From the human T2T-CHM13v2.0 reference genome, Homo sapiens: a stretch of DNA of 64,000 nt. The notes under the pieces were generated by a model that did not search any database, was not told the origin of the DNA, and was given only the letters and a program-made list of their open reading frames with translations. The position numbers and the translations under genes are program-made. The stretch is taken from NCBI RefSeq assembly GCF_009914755.1, contig NC_060927.1; one strand, given 5' to 3'. This document shows positions 1 through 13,948 of this stretch, one piece after another (position 1 is the stretch's first letter; each line of letters opens with the position of its first letter).

Positions 1-1429
1 GCCTATACGTCAGCATTCCCCCAGGCCAATTGCCCTCCAAGGGAGGACTTGCTTCATAGCTACATGTAGTGGTATGTTGCTCAAACTGGCTCTCGAAAGA
101 AAAAACAAAAAGCCCTGTTACGTAGTGTTTCCCAATTTCTGAGGAATAAATTAAATGTTCCCACCATGGCTGACTTTAAGCTACCAGCAGTTTAACAATT
201 GACAAATCCTGAATATTTAGTAGCGGGTCTTCCAGCCCATAGGAGTGGGTTCCAACACACCACTGGCCTGGGAGTGTGATTAGTGCATAGCCTCCAGCTG
301 TCAGATCCTTCAGGGCGTGGGGCCCTGCATCTGGGGACCAAGAGAGGCAAGGGTATAAAGGTCTGGCCATTTTAGCCAGAGGCAGTCCAACGTAATGGGC
401 AGGACCGAGTCCAGTGCTCCCCATCAAGGCTTTGCTGGGCCAGCATCCAAGTGTGAGTCCTCTATCTGCCCAAGCCTGCTCCTCCTCTTCCCCTTTATTC
501 CTTTATACAGATCCCCAATAAATAGCTGGGACCGGAAACTCCATCTCAGCCTCTGCTTCCAGAGAACCCCACCGGCCACACTCCTCGGGCCAGGTCATTC
601 ACCTTGAAATCCCCCGCCTCTGATGAAGAGCCTTGTGTGCAAGCGGTGCTGCCCGGTGTTTGCAAGGGGAACAGGACCTAGGGCATGTCTGTCCACGTAG
701 GCTTTCACTCACGCACCTGTTTCACAGTGAGGACCTACTGTGTGGTATTTGGCGTCACCCCTGCTGGGGAGTTCCCAGGAAGACTATGACACAAGGAGGT
801 GCTGCTCCGGTTTTCTCTGAGCTTCCGGTCCCCACCTTCCCTGAGTTTGCAGTCCTTGCCACCTCTGAGCTTGTGATTCCAAACCAGAAGTAACTGTGGA
901 ATTAATAATTCCCCTGAATCTAATCATACATTGGTAAGTGCTATGAAGGAGTGAAAGCAACAGAGAAGGAAACTTGAACCCGTGAGATGCTCCTGTGTGC
1001 ATCTCAAGGAAGCCTCCCGCAAGAAGGCCAGGGCTGAGCTGGAGTCAGATAACGGGAGGGATAAATTAGAACTGGCCAAACTCAGGTAGATGGGGAAAAG
1101 GCATTTCAGATTGGGAAACAGACACAGAGAACTGAAAGAGGGAGCAGGCTTAAGGAAGAGCACATGTTGAGCACATAATGAGGACATTTCAGGCATGGTG
1201 AGTGGCCAGAAAGAGGGGAATCTGGGGAGTAAAAGGGTCTTTTGGTGCTACCGAAATCTGACTCCAGTCAGCTCAGGCATCTACAGAGGATAATGTGAGT
1301 GCAGGGCCAGGCAGACTTCAGTCCCTTCCACAGAATAAAACAGTGGCTGAAACCAGCCAGAAGAGGGCTAAACATCTACAATTTTTGATATCTAAAAAAT
1401 TGATTGCAAAATCACAGTATGGGAGAGAC

Positions 1430-1910
1430 TGAGAAAGATTGAAATTGACCACAAGTTCAATATGAGCTAGGAGGCTACTGAAAAGCCAACACTCTGGGGC
1501 CATATTAACTAAGGCCTAATGCCCACAATAAAGAAGGGGATGGTCTTCCTATACAGTTTTCAGAACTGGACTATGCCTCAGCAGATGGAAAGAAACAGAG
1601 CATGTCTAGAGGAGAGGGCTGGAGGACCCACAGTGAATGAGCTGGAGCTGCTCAGCCTGGAGAAGGTAGTTTCTGGGATCCCTAGTCACTACTCCACAGG
1701 GTCTGCAGGCCTGACCCAGGACAGAGTGAGCAGGAAGGACTGTGTCCCAGAGCACAGAGCTGGGACCCCAGTTGTTGGCAGGAGTCAGAGAGCAGTAGAT
1801 TCCTGCTCAGTCAGAGGGCAACCTCCCCAACAAAGCTCACCAGGGTTCAAGAGGGTTGCTGGTGAGGTAATGAGCTCCCTGTCCTGGAATGTATGTAAGC
1901 AGCAGCTGGG
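1430..1910 (+). mobile_element. L3/CR1 LINE remnant
   Basis: aaaagccaacactctggggccatattaa...ctcagcctggagaag...gagctccctgtcctggaatgtatgtaagcag resemble the CR1/L3 consensus. Confidence 0.6.
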
Positions 1911-3689
1911 GTTTGTAAAGGGGACTCCTGCACCAGGTTGGGTGGGGCTGCAATCCAGAGCCTCCTCTGCCTGCCAGCCATGCCCCAAACCTGTCTGGAG
2001 CAGCAGGAAGGATTTTCTGCACCACTGGAGGGAGAAAAATCAATCTCTTTTTGACAGGTCCCCCAGGAAGTGCCAACAATGTACCAGGTGCTGCCCAGAG
2101 CCCGGAATTACTCAGGGTGGGGTTCTCAGGCCTGGGAGGGGACTGGGGAGAAACTTGGCTCCAGAAAATTCCTTGATTCATAATGCCAAATAGATACTAT
2201 CGAATTTGGTGCTTCTGGGCCTGTCCCAGACCCTCGGGCTGCCCAGGGGACCTAGGGGTGAACTTCCTGGAAGAAGGAAGGATCCTTGGGAGGGGACATC
2301 AGACAGCAACCTCTGGCTCCCACAGGGTCCATGCCACATGGTGCTCCTATGACTGGAAGTGTCTGCCACCCTCCATAGCATTCTGAGGGGCATCGAATTT
2401 TAAAAACCAAAGGCTTCCCAGCGTTGAACACACTGCTTGCTGTCATCCCTGCCCCCAGCACCCATGGCAGGCACTCTGAAGCACTGGGCGCTCCAGGATC
2501 GATCCTGCGCTGCCCTACTCCAGGAATGTGCCCCCATTCATCTCCGCAGGCCCAGCCCAACCCAGCCTTCTACAGCCCTCCACAGTGCCACCTCCTCCAC
2601 AGAGCCACCTGTCCCAGCCCCACCCAACCCCAGTCCTTATCTTGGTGCCTTGTTTTCTAGCAAGCCCAGTGAGACCTTGGAGCTTTGCAAACAGAGAGTC
2701 CTCAATGAGGCCTTTCCTAGCCCCCGAAACTGAAGTAGCCCCACTGGTCATTGCTAAGGATGGGTGACTCAGACCAGTCAGGGCCAAACTGAAGTGAGTC
2801 CTGGGGATTCTGCGCACACAGAAGACAAGAGCTGTTGGTTATCTCCCACCAGATACGAACAGGAGGGAATGCAGGGGCCAGAGCTGTGGACAGGCATCGT
2901 GCAACCACATGGGGCCAGAGGATGGCATCAACTAGGAAAGCAGAGCTGAGAAATAGAGAGGGGGCAAGGAAGGGGTGCATGCAGCTGGGTCCTGGGAATA
3001 TCATTTGCACCCTGGATCAAGCCAGACCTGAATTCATCAACCCAAGACCACTGTGTTCCAGGAACTAATGAATACCCTTTGCTCTTAAGCAAGCTTGAGT
3101 TGGGTTTCTACCCATTACAACTTAAAGTACCCTAACTGCAACAGAAATCCTTTCATCTGGGTGGTGGAGGTGCCCTTTGTAAAACAGATAGCCAGCCCCA
3201 AGTTGATGGGTTTTAAGCCACACATGGCATGGCGCAGGTCTGGGGAGCCAAGGACTGGTTTGCCTAAAAAGGCCTTTGGAAGGCCAGGACCTCGAGGGCT
3301 GGAGCTCGAGACTCTGGGCTCGTTGAGTATCTGCTGCTTCCTCCCCTCTGAAACCCCTCTGAGGTTGGCCAGCCTGGCTCCTCTGCAGGGAGTGGTCAGT
3401 TCTGGACTACTTGTACCTCAGGTTATAAGCAGTGACCTGGGCAACCAGAATCAGTCTCCACGAAAGTATGATGTGGCCAAAGGCAGCCTGAAGCAGAAGG
3501 GCAGGCACTGTGGCAGAGTCAGGTCACCCAAGAAGCTCAGTTCAAATCCCATCCCTGCCACCACATGCTGGTGATGGCAGAAATGGCCCAAGGGAACATG
3601 GCACACTCTCTGGCTCTCCATTTCCTCATTGCTGCTGGCCTACCTCTGACCACGGAGGCCGAAAGCATAACACATCGCCTGAAAAAAAC

Positions 3690-3990
3690 AGAGACCCGGA
3701 AAAGCAACTTCTCCCTTTCTATCTTTGGATGCTGTGGTGTAAGAATGTGATTCCTGGAGCTTAGGCAGTCATCTTGTGACCATTAGGCAAGACCTATGAG
3801 GCTGACAAGGTGACAATGGCAGAATGGAAGGGTGAAAAGAGCTGGGGCCCAAGAAAAGACTGTTGAGCTTCTGAAAGAAACCATATCCAGATTTTTATTT
3901 TGCAGGAAAAAAACAAACTCCTATCATCAAAACCACTTTTGGTACTAGTAAGGCATTCTGTTACTTGCAACCAAATGCATCCTAAGAGAT
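3690..3990 (+). mobile_element. Old MLT1 LTR fragment
   Basis: tgattcctggagc...gcagtcatcttgtgaccat...ttctgttacttgcaaccaaatgcatcctaa. Confidence 0.6.
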
Positions 3991-6694
3991 TTGTTCCTCG
4001 TTGTAAAGTAGGGACAAGTCCTCTCAAAGGGAACAGTGGGGATTAAATAGGAGAAGGCTCTTTGCGGCCTGGCACCAGGTATCTCACAGAACTGGCGCCC
4101 AGCCTGTGGGAACTTTTCTCATTTTGAGCAGTGGATGCTGGGATGAGTGCGCACAGGGCTAGAAGGGCAGGGCAGGGAGAGCGGCGCTGTGGGGCGGAAG
4201 GAGCCATCGGATGGAGGTCCTGCTTCTGTCTGTACACTGCTATGTGCCTGCAGGCGAGTCCCTTTCCTTCTCTGAGTCTCAGTTTTCCTTACCAATGAAG
4301 GCAACACAGGGGGATCTCGGAGAGAAAAGACGGGGACAGAGGGAGACAAGGAGGGCAGGGGGAGGAGAGAAGCAGGTTGGCTGAAGTTGTCCACACTCTC
4401 CCAGAAGTCCCTGGAGTGAAAGCCCATTTCTGTGCAGTGCAGCAGGTGCAGAGATGAGAGGAAGTGACCATTTCCCCCAGAGGTCATTAGGAGTTCCTGG
4501 GAGCCCTGCTGTTGAAGCCCCAGCCCTTCATCCTTTCTCCTGCCTTCTCCAACACCCAGGTCAACTCACCCCAGAACCCCTGTCCTATTGCAAACACCCT
4601 CCCAGCGCTGGAAGCATGTCTGTGCTGCTGCTGCCTGGCATGGCAACCCCAGGGCATCTTTAAGCAGCCCCTGCAATGGCTGCCTTTGTTCTCCCCTCAC
4701 ACAATGTGCTCCTGGTCCCCGCAGCGTCTTCTCCCATCCACATTGCTGGTACTGCTATCTCCCATGCTCAGACCCCAGCCACCCTCCCCCAAGCAGGAGG
4801 CTCGTTCCTGAACCTTCTCCAAAAAGATCCAAGCCAGCTGATCACATGGTAAAGGTGGGCCCCGGTCAAAAAGATGGACAGAAAGCAGGTGGGAGCTTTG
4901 CTGGATGTGGAGGCCCCTCAACCTCAGGCTGGAGGGCTGATGGCTTAGTTTTCACAGAAAGCCATGCCTGGGTCAGACTCCAGAGACTTGAGGCAGGAGA
5001 TGGTCACCAAGTTCCGCTGGCTTCCTCTCCTGTGCCCCATGCCCCATCTGTTCATGTTTCTTGTCTCCAAGCACCCACCCTGCACCAACCAAGTGAAACA
5101 CGGGTCCATCATCCTCTGTGTGTGGCAGAAGGTGTCCCTGGCTGCTGCTCACCCCTGCTCTACCCTGGGAGGCTGAGCTGTGTCCCTCCTTGCCCTCCAG
5201 CTTCCCAGTGGGTGATCCCACAGGGACTGGAGGGCAGGAGAAGATACAGGCAGGACTTTTACACCCTGGACTCCCTGTCCATGGACCACATGGTGGCTGT
5301 GACTGTCTCCCTCTGCCTAGAACCACAGCGCCTGCCAGGAGGCCCCTTTTCCCCAAGCCACACTTTCTCTACTAACACTGCCCTCCAGGGCAGACAGAGC
5401 TCCCCAGTGTTGCCAGCCCTAAGGCCTTTTTAGGATTCCTTAAATCCTGCCCACATCCCTGTAGTCATCCTTTACCTAAACTTGCCTCTGTCACCCCTGA
5501 CTACGCCATCTCCCAGACTCTGGTGGGCACACTGGGTAAGTGAGTCCCTCCTTGAGCTCCAGCTTTGTCTCCTCATGACATGGGCTCAATGGAACACACC
5601 TGGTGATGCAGCAGCTGGGTTAAATGACCGAAGGTGGAGTTCCAGGGGAAGGAGGCGCTCATAATCACTACTGTGATTATGTAGGATTGTGCCATTGTTC
5701 AAGGCTCTGCAGGAAATGTTGGTGTTGGTGTCAGGATCAGAGTGAGGACAATTTCTCGGCCTAGGGCTCAATGCCGGCCTCAAGCCCAAGCTGCTCAGTG
5801 TCACTTCTTCCTACGTGTATGCCCAAACCTCTCAGCAGACTGAGCGGCACAAGGGCAGGATCCATGCCCACCTCTAATAAAAGCCGCTGCCTCCGAGGTA
5901 GCTGCGGTGTCCAGTGCCTGACACGAATGCACACAGAAACCTTATGAGGAAGGTTGACCATCATCAGCCCATTTCACAGATGAGCAGACTGGGGAGACAA
6001 GGGGTGGCAGTGCGGACCACAGTCACACAGTCAGGAAGCATGGAACTGGTATTGGAGTCCAGCAATCTGGCTGTAGAGCTGTAATGTGGCCGAACAGAAG
6101 GAAGGTGGGTGGGCTAGGATGGCCTTGCTCCCTCGGTGATGGTCACTTGGGCTGGCTTGTGTAGTGGACACTGTCGCATGCCACTGGGATCTGTCCTTCA
6201 GGACCAGACACTCCCTCTGCAGCTGCTGGGAGTGTTGCTGCTGATGGCTAGCAGCTGAGTTCCTCCCTAGGCACTGCCCTCCCCTGATGGGAGCTGTCTC
6301 ACCCAAGACCACTCCCCCTCCCTGGGCAGCCCCCCAGCCAAAGACTGGTTGGTGCTGGGTACAAAGGCCCATCTCCCTGCCTCCATGGGGCTAACCCAGC
6401 TCCAGGTTTCTCATGGGACCAGCATAAGTCCCTGTGGCTGCTGCATCACTGGCCAACTTCTCTCGATGCCCAGGGCTGCCTTCCTCACTGCCTTATAGGT
6501 GTATCTCCCCAGAGTCCCGCCCAGGACCTGTCCTGCTTGCAAATGTCCAAACCAGGGACCCTTTCCAAGGCACTGAATAAAGACAACGTGGAGGTCAGCG
6601 GGCAGGCAGCCTTGGACCCCCAACCCCGGGAGACAATAAGTGTGGATACCCACACCAGGATAGGTGCTACAGGCTCCCATCCAGAGCTGCCACC

Positions 6695-7197
6695 ACCTGC
6701 TCCCCTCCTGTTCCTGCTCCTGCTTCTCCTGCTCCTGATGATATTCCTCCTCCTCCTCCCCCTCTTCCTCCTCCTCAGGCTCCTCCTGCTCCCCCTCCTC
6801 CTCCTCAAGATCCTCCTGCTCTTCCTCCTGCTCCTCCTTCTCCTTCTCTTGCTCTTCATGCTCCTCCTTCTCCCCCTCCTCCTCCTCTTGCTCCCATCCT
6901 CCTGCTCCTCCTCTTCCTCTGCAGGCTCCTCCTCCTCTACAGGCTTCTCCTTCTTCCCAAGCTTCTCCTACTCTTCCTCCTTCTGCTCCTCATCCTCCAC
7001 AGGCTCCTCCCACTCCTCCTCCTCTACAGGCTCCTCCCACTCTTCCTTCTCACAGGCTCCTCCTCTTTCTCAAGCTTCTCCTTCTTCCCAAGCTTCTCCT
7101 GCTCTTCCTCCTCCTCCCCCTCCTCAGGCTCCTCCTACTCTTTCTCCTGCTCTTCCTCCTCCTTCTCAGTCTCCTCCTGCTCCTCCTCTCCCTCCCC
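6695..7197 (+). repeat. CT-rich low-complexity region, (CTC)n-like
   Basis: Degenerate ctcctc/ctcctg repeats with recurring caggctcc units. Confidence 0.9.
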
Positions 7198-7729
7198 ATG
7201 TCGATCCATCTTAGCAGAAAGCTGCATTTCAGCCAGCTGCAGCTGTATACCTCTGGGCGACTCAGATGAAAGAGCAGAAAAAATGGCTTTTTTTTTTTCT
7301 GTAAACATTTGAGGTATTTTCTTTTTGGTGCATTCTTTAAGTCATTCTGGATGCACTGACTTCAAGCAAATATTCCTGCCTGACATGGAGGGGATGGCAG
7401 GGAAAAGGTGCACCCCATAGGACAGGGCCCCTGGAATGCAGCCTGGGAGGTACAGGAAGAGAGGTTTCCACTCAAGCCAGAGAGAGGTTTTCTGGTCTAT
7501 ACTGGGGGCCTTCTGAAACTCAGTGTTTGCCAGGTTACAACTGCTTAGATGCTGTCTATGGCTCCTGAGGTTAAAGCCCAGATTCCTCTGCCTGGCTTTC
7601 AAGACCCTCCATGAACTGGTCTCTGCCCAACTTTGGGGTATCTTAGGAGCCCGAGAACTGTGGACACACAGCCCCTCACCCCAGATTCATCTCTTTCTAG
7701 GCTCCTACCCCCCCAGTAACCTGTGTGGC

Positions 7730-8025
7730 CTGCACACAGTCACATCCCACCATGTGCTCACACATACACAACCTCCCCAGGCATGGCCCCATGCAACCCC
7801 CCACAGGCTCACACCCTCACACTCATCAGCACACTCAAAGCACACACTCTTACGCCTGTGCGCACACTCACACACTCCCTCACAGGTATGCATGACACAT
7901 ATGCTCACACACAGGTGCTTCTCATGCCGTCCATCCCTACACAACATATGCACAGATAGCCCTTCACACACAGTCCTGCCCACATACTTCCCGGCACACA
8001 AGCGCACACACACACACCCTCAAAC
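7730..8025 (+). repeat. CA-rich low-complexity region
   Basis: Degenerate cacac tracts. Confidence 0.75.
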
Positions 8026-9011
8026 ATGAAGGGAGCCCATATGGTGGTGGCTAGCAGATGGACCCACTGCACACTGGCATGGGGGGCCTGGGGCCAGGTC
8101 TCAGCTTTGCTCCCCTGTAAACTGGGGCATTTAAAGTAGCAAACCCATTTGGAGGTGGAATAGTCGAGCCCCACACAGTGCAGCACCACATAGTGCAGCC
8201 TCTCCTAGATGCATTCTGGGTGCCTCTCTCTCATAAGTGACCTCCCTGCAGGCTGCTAGGTTGACTACGGGGCAGGGGTTGCCTTGGGCAGGCCTGTCCC
8301 AGAGTCTAGGTTAGTGGGGACTGTGGCCTGTGACCTGGGGTGAGGCAATTGGGTAACCCCAACCACAGCGTGAGGGGCAGGGAGGCTGACAGCGGGGACA
8401 TGGAGCCACTGAACCTATGTGCTTCTCCCAACTGCTGGAGCACCCTGAAATGGCCTTGGCAGTGAGTCATACATTCACTTATTCATTCATCCACTCATTC
8501 ACCTTTCCACCACACGCTAACTTAATCCCTTCCCTGGCCAGGCGCTGAGGTTGGTGGCCAGGTGGGCAGAAAGAGGCAAGCCCCTGACTCCCTTGAAGCT
8601 TAAGCTCTGGAGGGGGAGGTGGCTGTGCTGTCAACTGTCACACGGGCATAAGGCTGATACCAGCTTCCACCAATGGTGGCCCTGAAGGAAAGCGCAAACT
8701 TGCTCCCGTTCCTGTGGTCACAGCTCCCAGAAGTTTCCCCCACAGCCTGGCTGGAAAATGTTTTTAAAACAATTTGAGAAATCTGAATCAGGCAGGGTAT
8801 TAGACAGCACTGAGCAATTGTTTATTTTGCTCAGGGTGATAATGGCACCATGGTTTTTTTTTAGAAGTCCCTATTGATTGGAGATACACAGTCATGTGTG
8901 GGTGAAATAACAAGCTGTCTAGGGTTTTCCTTAAACCCTTCCAGTTGTGGGGAGCTGAGGAGAGAAAACGAGGTAGAGGACTTGGACCACAAGCTGGGGC
9001 TGCTGATGCTG

Positions 9012-9097
9012 GGGGTCGGGTGCACACTGGAGGTCAGGGGCACGCTGTGGGTCAGGTGCACGCTGTGGGTTGGGTGCGTGCTGGGAGTCGGGTGTAC
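9012..9097 (+). repeat. 18-bp degenerate tandem repeat, about 5 copies
   Basis: ggggtcgggtgcacactg / gaggtcaggggcacgctg / tgggtcaggtgcacgctg / tgggttgggtgcgtgctg / ggagtcgggtgtac. Confidence 0.8.
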
Positions 9098-10324
9098 GGG
9101 GCTCCTTTTACTGTTCTTTCCCTCTGTCCTCCAGGCATCCCCTGCTGCCTCTTTGACTTCATCTCCTCTTTGACTTCATCTCCTATGCCCTCATTCACTC
9201 CATGCTGGTCACAGTGGGTTCCTTGCTGTTCCTCCAGCACCCCAGGCATGCTCCTGCCTCTGGGCCTTTGCACCTGCTGCCCTTCTGCCTTGGGGTACTC
9301 TTCCCCACTCTCCACATGGCTCCCTTCCTCAGTGCTTCTAGCCTTTGCTCAAATCTCACCTTCCCTATGAGGCTCTCCCTGACTTTTGCCCTGGTCTTTC
9401 CCGCCCCTGCCCTGGCTTGTTTTGCTCCCTAGCTTGCGTCAAATGTGACACAGCACACGTTTTAGTTGTGCTTATCATGTCTCCCTCCAGCATGTCAACT
9501 GCCCAGGGGCAAGGACCCGGTCTGTCCATCCCCTGCTGTGTCCCCAGCAGCTAGACCAGGAACATAGCGGGTGCTCAGTAAATACTTGCAAATGAATGAC
9601 TGAGAGCAGTAAGAAAGAAAGCGACTGGAGTGATCAGGTAAGGAAGTGACCTTGAGCTGAGAACCAGACGTTGAAGAGGAGTCGACGAGACAAAAAGGGA
9701 GGAAAGGGCAGGCTAGGCAGAGGGAAGAGCATGGGCAAAGGCCGAGGGCAGAAGGAAGCAGGGAGCAGTCAGGAAACAGGAAGGAGGGCAGTGGGCCAGG
9801 CTGGAGGGCCGGCGGGGTCTTTGTCCTGATGGTTCTCGCTGGGGTCAGAGGAGCACATGTGGAATGGCATTGGAGAAGCTCTCTCAGGTGTCCACGCAGA
9901 GGACAGACTAGAGACCTGAGCAGAAAGGTCCTGCGATGCAGGAAGAAGCAGGGTGGGGGCTCAGTCAGGTAGAACCAGAGAGAGAACGGGAAAGCACGCA
10001 GAAACCAGAGGACCACCCGCCTGGCCAGCTCCGAGGGCAAAACCGCTGTGAACCCCTTTGGTGGTAAATCAGCTACAAACTGTGCATCTGATGAGGGCTG
10101 AGCCAGCGTCCTCAGCTCCTGCTGGCCTGCCTGGCTCTGGCCACCCCCATGGGGATGCAGAGCAATGGGACACAGAGCTAGAGGACCCAGAGCACGGGCC
10201 CCCTACATCAGTTCAGACCCTTCTCTCTTGGCCAGAGACCTGGGCTCTGTCAGGGACAACCCCAAAGACGGTGGACTTCAAAGAGGGATGGGACCTCCCC
10301 ACGAGGCTGGGGGAACACTAACAC

Positions 10325-10851
10325 CAGAAACACACTCACACACAAACTTGTCCACAAATGTCAATAACAGCATTATTCATAATAACCAAAAGATGAAACA
10401 ACTCAAATGTCCATCAATGGATGAATGCGTAAACACAATGTTGTCTTTCCATACAATGAAACGTTATTCAGCCATAAAAAGGAATGAAGTACTGACACAG
10501 GCTGCAACATGGATGAACCTTGAAGACTTTATGCTGAGTGAAAGATGCTGGACACAAAAGACCACAGCGTGTATGCTTCCAGGTGTATGCAATGTCCAGA
10601 ACAGGAAATCCATAGAGACAGAGAGCAGAGGAGTTGCTGCCAGGGGCTGGGAGAGAGGGAATGAGGAGTGACTACTAGTAGGTACAGAGTTTCTTTGAGG
10701 GGTGCTGAGAAGTTTCAAAATTGATTGTGGTGACGGTTGCACAACTGTGAATACCCTAAAAACCTTGGACTTGTACACTCTAAGAGGATGGATTGTATGG
10801 CATGAGAATTATATCTCAGTAAAGCTGGTTTTTAAAAAAAAAAAAAAAAAA
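10325..10851 (+). mobile_element. Old L1 (L1M-type) 3' fragment with poly-A
   Basis: cagcattattcataataaccaaa...caaatgtccatcaatggatgaatg...atggatgaaccttgaagac...; ends in an A-tract at 10834-10851. Confidence 0.85.
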
Positions 10852-11004
10852 GACAAGAGACCCCATTGGGCCAGTGTCCCTAGGAACTTGGGCCATGGAG
10901 CACAGCTGCTCGTGCAATGACAGGGGTGTCGGCCCTCGTGTGGGCATGCAGGGCTCAGCCCTGGCCTCCAGATGGGCACAGCAGCATCCGCACGCTCTCC
11001 CCAG

Positions 11005-11172
11005 GCTCTGCTTCAGAGTCATCTGCAGAATCCCAGCCTTTCAGAATCTGCTGATGCCTGGACCCCACCCCCAGAGGTTAGGATTTCACTGGTCTCAGGT
11101 GTGGCCAGGTGTCTGCTATTTTAAAAAGCTTCTCAGGATTCTCACATGTGGCCAGGGGTGGAGAGCCCTGGT
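11005..11172. mobile_element. MER5-family DNA transposon
   Basis: ctgatgcctggaccccacccccagag...ttttaaaagcttctcaggattct...ccaggggtggagagccctg. Confidence 0.65.
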
Positions 11173-13466
11173 CATGTCCTCCATCCACTCTGGCAGTCCT
11201 GAACCCTCCAGTGGAACCTCCCACTGCAGGGCCTGTGCTGGGTGCCAGTAAAGTGAGGGTGGTTGGACAAAGTCTCTGTCTTCAAGAAAAGCCCAGATAG
11301 TCAGGGAGACAACCAGACCGGTAGAAGGAAGACTGGTCCAAAATAAAGGCCTGTATGTACTGCCATGGGGCCCATGAGCAGTTGGAGGAAGTGACCTGTG
11401 GGGTTTGAAGGATGAAGAGGAGTTCGCCACTGGAAATTCGAGGGAAGGGTATCACCTGTGCCTGAGCAGGAGTGCAATGCCCTGGGGCTGGAAAAACCAA
11501 GGGAGCGGGTGTGGGTGCAGAAGAGAAGCTTGGTGCAGCAGTGGCAGCCCCAGGTAGGAAAGGAAGGCAAGTTGGGACCTGAAGGGAGGCCTAGATGGAA
11601 CTGCCATGAGACTGAGTGCTGAGAGCCAGGGACCTTGCTCCTCCTGGCTGGAGCCCAGCACACTGCAGGGCATTACTGGGGGTGTCTGGTTTTGGGGGTG
11701 TGGGCAGTTACCGGAGGCCAAGTGGTAGCCTCTGATGAGAACACCATCCTCTGCCCTGTCCTCTGAGGCCCCAGGGCACCCACTGCCTCTCAGCCCCGCC
11801 AAAACCCTTCTGTGAACACTTAAAATGTCAGGTATTCCAGGACGACACCAAGCCCATTCCTGCCCCAGGACTCCACAGCAGCTGATCCTTCTGCCTGTGA
11901 CACCCTTCCTCCAGTTCCTCAGCTCCGGCTCAGCAACGTAAAGCCACCCTGGATGGCCCCCTCTCCACAGTGCCCCGCATCAGCCCCTCTCACATCCCCC
12001 TGTCTCACATCCCCCCGGCCACTTGAGGTACTTTGGGATGACTTGCTTGCTCTCCCCTCCCCTCCTGAATGTCAGCTCCAGAAACACAGAGCCCCCATCT
12101 GCTGTATTCGGGAGCATCTAGAGGAGGTCTGCCTCCCAGGAGACACCCAGCAAGCATTTTCTGGGTGAGTGAATGAATGAATGAATGAATGAATGAATTC
12201 ACCTTTGCTCAGGAGTCTAGATAGCCATTCTTTCATGGTGGGTTATTGTAGAAGAGGCCCTGACTTAGTCCACAGAAGATCAAGGCTGAAGCATCCCGGA
12301 AAGTCTCTGGGGCAGGGACACAGGCGACGATGCTCTGGAACATGGAGGAAGGACCCAGGAGCCGGGTCACACCTGGCTGAACATCCTCTGTGCCCTTGAC
12401 CACCTCCATCTGAGCTGCCTGGGCCCCAGCAAGGCCCTGCCCAGGTGGCCAGCTACCAAAGAAGCCCTATGAACTTCCCATCCCAGACAGGAGCTCCCTG
12501 AGACATGAGGAGCAGCTCTGGCCTCTCCCGACCTGTGTTGGCGTCCAGCGTGCAGGAGCTGGTGTCCAAGAGGCTGGACTGGCCTGAACCAAGGTTCCAC
12601 GCTGCCCCGCAACAGCCCCCGGATGTGTGTGCAAAGACACCTCTGAGATATTCTGTTCCTGCCTTTGGTGGTGTAGAGGTTTTCCAGTCGGGCAAATGGA
12701 AATACACCCCGGTTATCTCTATGCGTCTGCAGTTCCCAGCTGAGGGTGCGGTGGGGCCTCTTCCCCTGGGCAGAGCAGGTGGGGGGCATGGTTGAGAAAT
12801 AACCAATTTCTCAGTGCTCTGAGCTACAAGGAGCTGCTGCAGGAGTGGAGACCCAGGGCCCAGAGGGACGTGGGTTTCTCTCTCAGCTGTGCGGCTTCGG
12901 GTCCTCACCCTCCTGCTGTCTCTGAGGTTCTGTCAGCACCATGTAGGCCTGCTGGCTGGTGCATGTGCAGGAGCAACAGTGGACCTGAAAGGTCCTCTGA
13001 AACCACGGTGTGCGGAAGGAACTGAAGACTCCCACAGCAGAGGAAGAGGTTTTAAAGTCCCTTCTTCAAGCCCCAGCTCTGCCACCTGTTGGCTGGGTCA
13101 CCCTCAGGATACCACTTAACCTCTCTGAGCCTGGTCCTTCAACAAGAAAATCAGAGATTATGAACTACCTAAAAAACCATCTCAGGGCTGCTGTTGGGGC
13201 TGGCTCAGGCAGAGAACGGGAGGTACCCGACTCACAGGAGGGAGCTGGGAAAGGGCTTCAAGGGGACCTGGTTGGAGCCCCCAAAGTTTTGCAGGACTGC
13301 TCTGGACCAAGAATGCCAACTGGCTTAGGGACCCAGAGAGTAAAGCTGGGTCTCCCCAGCTAGTCTCAAAGGGCAACTCTCAGCTCGGATTCTGTAGGTA
13401 TGGAGTGGACTTTCTAGAAGGTAGCGAGCTCCCTATCACCAGGGTACTCAAGCTGGATTTAGATCT

Positions 13467-13782
13467 GCATCCTCCAAAACGGGAGCCATGAGCAATATGG
13501 GTGCTTGAACTGTGGCTAGTCTGAATTGAGATGTGCTATGAGTGTGAAACAAATGCCAGACTTTAAAGACTTATTACAGAAAAATTAAAAAGTATCTCAG
13601 TATTTGCATATTGATTACATATTGAAATGATATGTAATCAATATCAGATAGATATTTGGGATATCTTAGATGAAATAAAATATCTTATTAAATTTAATGT
13701 CACCTCTTACCTTTTTGATGTAGCAACTAGCAAATGTCATATGACCCATGTGTTTGGTATTATGTTTCTACTGGACAGTGCT
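13467..13782. mobile_element. MER33-like hAT-Charlie DNA transposon
   Basis: tgtggctagtctgaattgagatgtgct...atattgattacat...ctggacagtgctg terminus. Confidence 0.75.
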
Positions 13783-13789
13783 GGTTGAA

Positions 13790-13948
13790 ATCCTTGCTGC
13801 TCAAGGTGTGGTTCCTGGACCAACCAGCACCATCCACATCACCTGGAAACTTGTCGGAAATGCAGAATCTCAGGCCCTGCCCCAGACCCACACATGGAAC
13901 CGGGAGCTGCATTTCCACACATTCCCCAGGTGAATTTTGAGAAGCTGT
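13790..13948. mobile_element. MER5A-like DNA transposon
   Basis: ctcaaggtgtggt...catcacctggaaacttgt.ggaaatgcagaatctcaggccc...tttgagaagc. Confidence 0.8.

Noticed and set aside
4588-5433. 281-aa ORF
   Set aside because: No recognisable domain or exon structure, starts at a non-ATG codon, and has the composition of chance ORFs in GC-rich intron DNA.
6485-7214. 225-aa Leu/Ser/Pro ORF resembling a membrane protein, and an Arg-rich antisense ORF
   Set aside because: Products of the (CTC)n low-complexity region.
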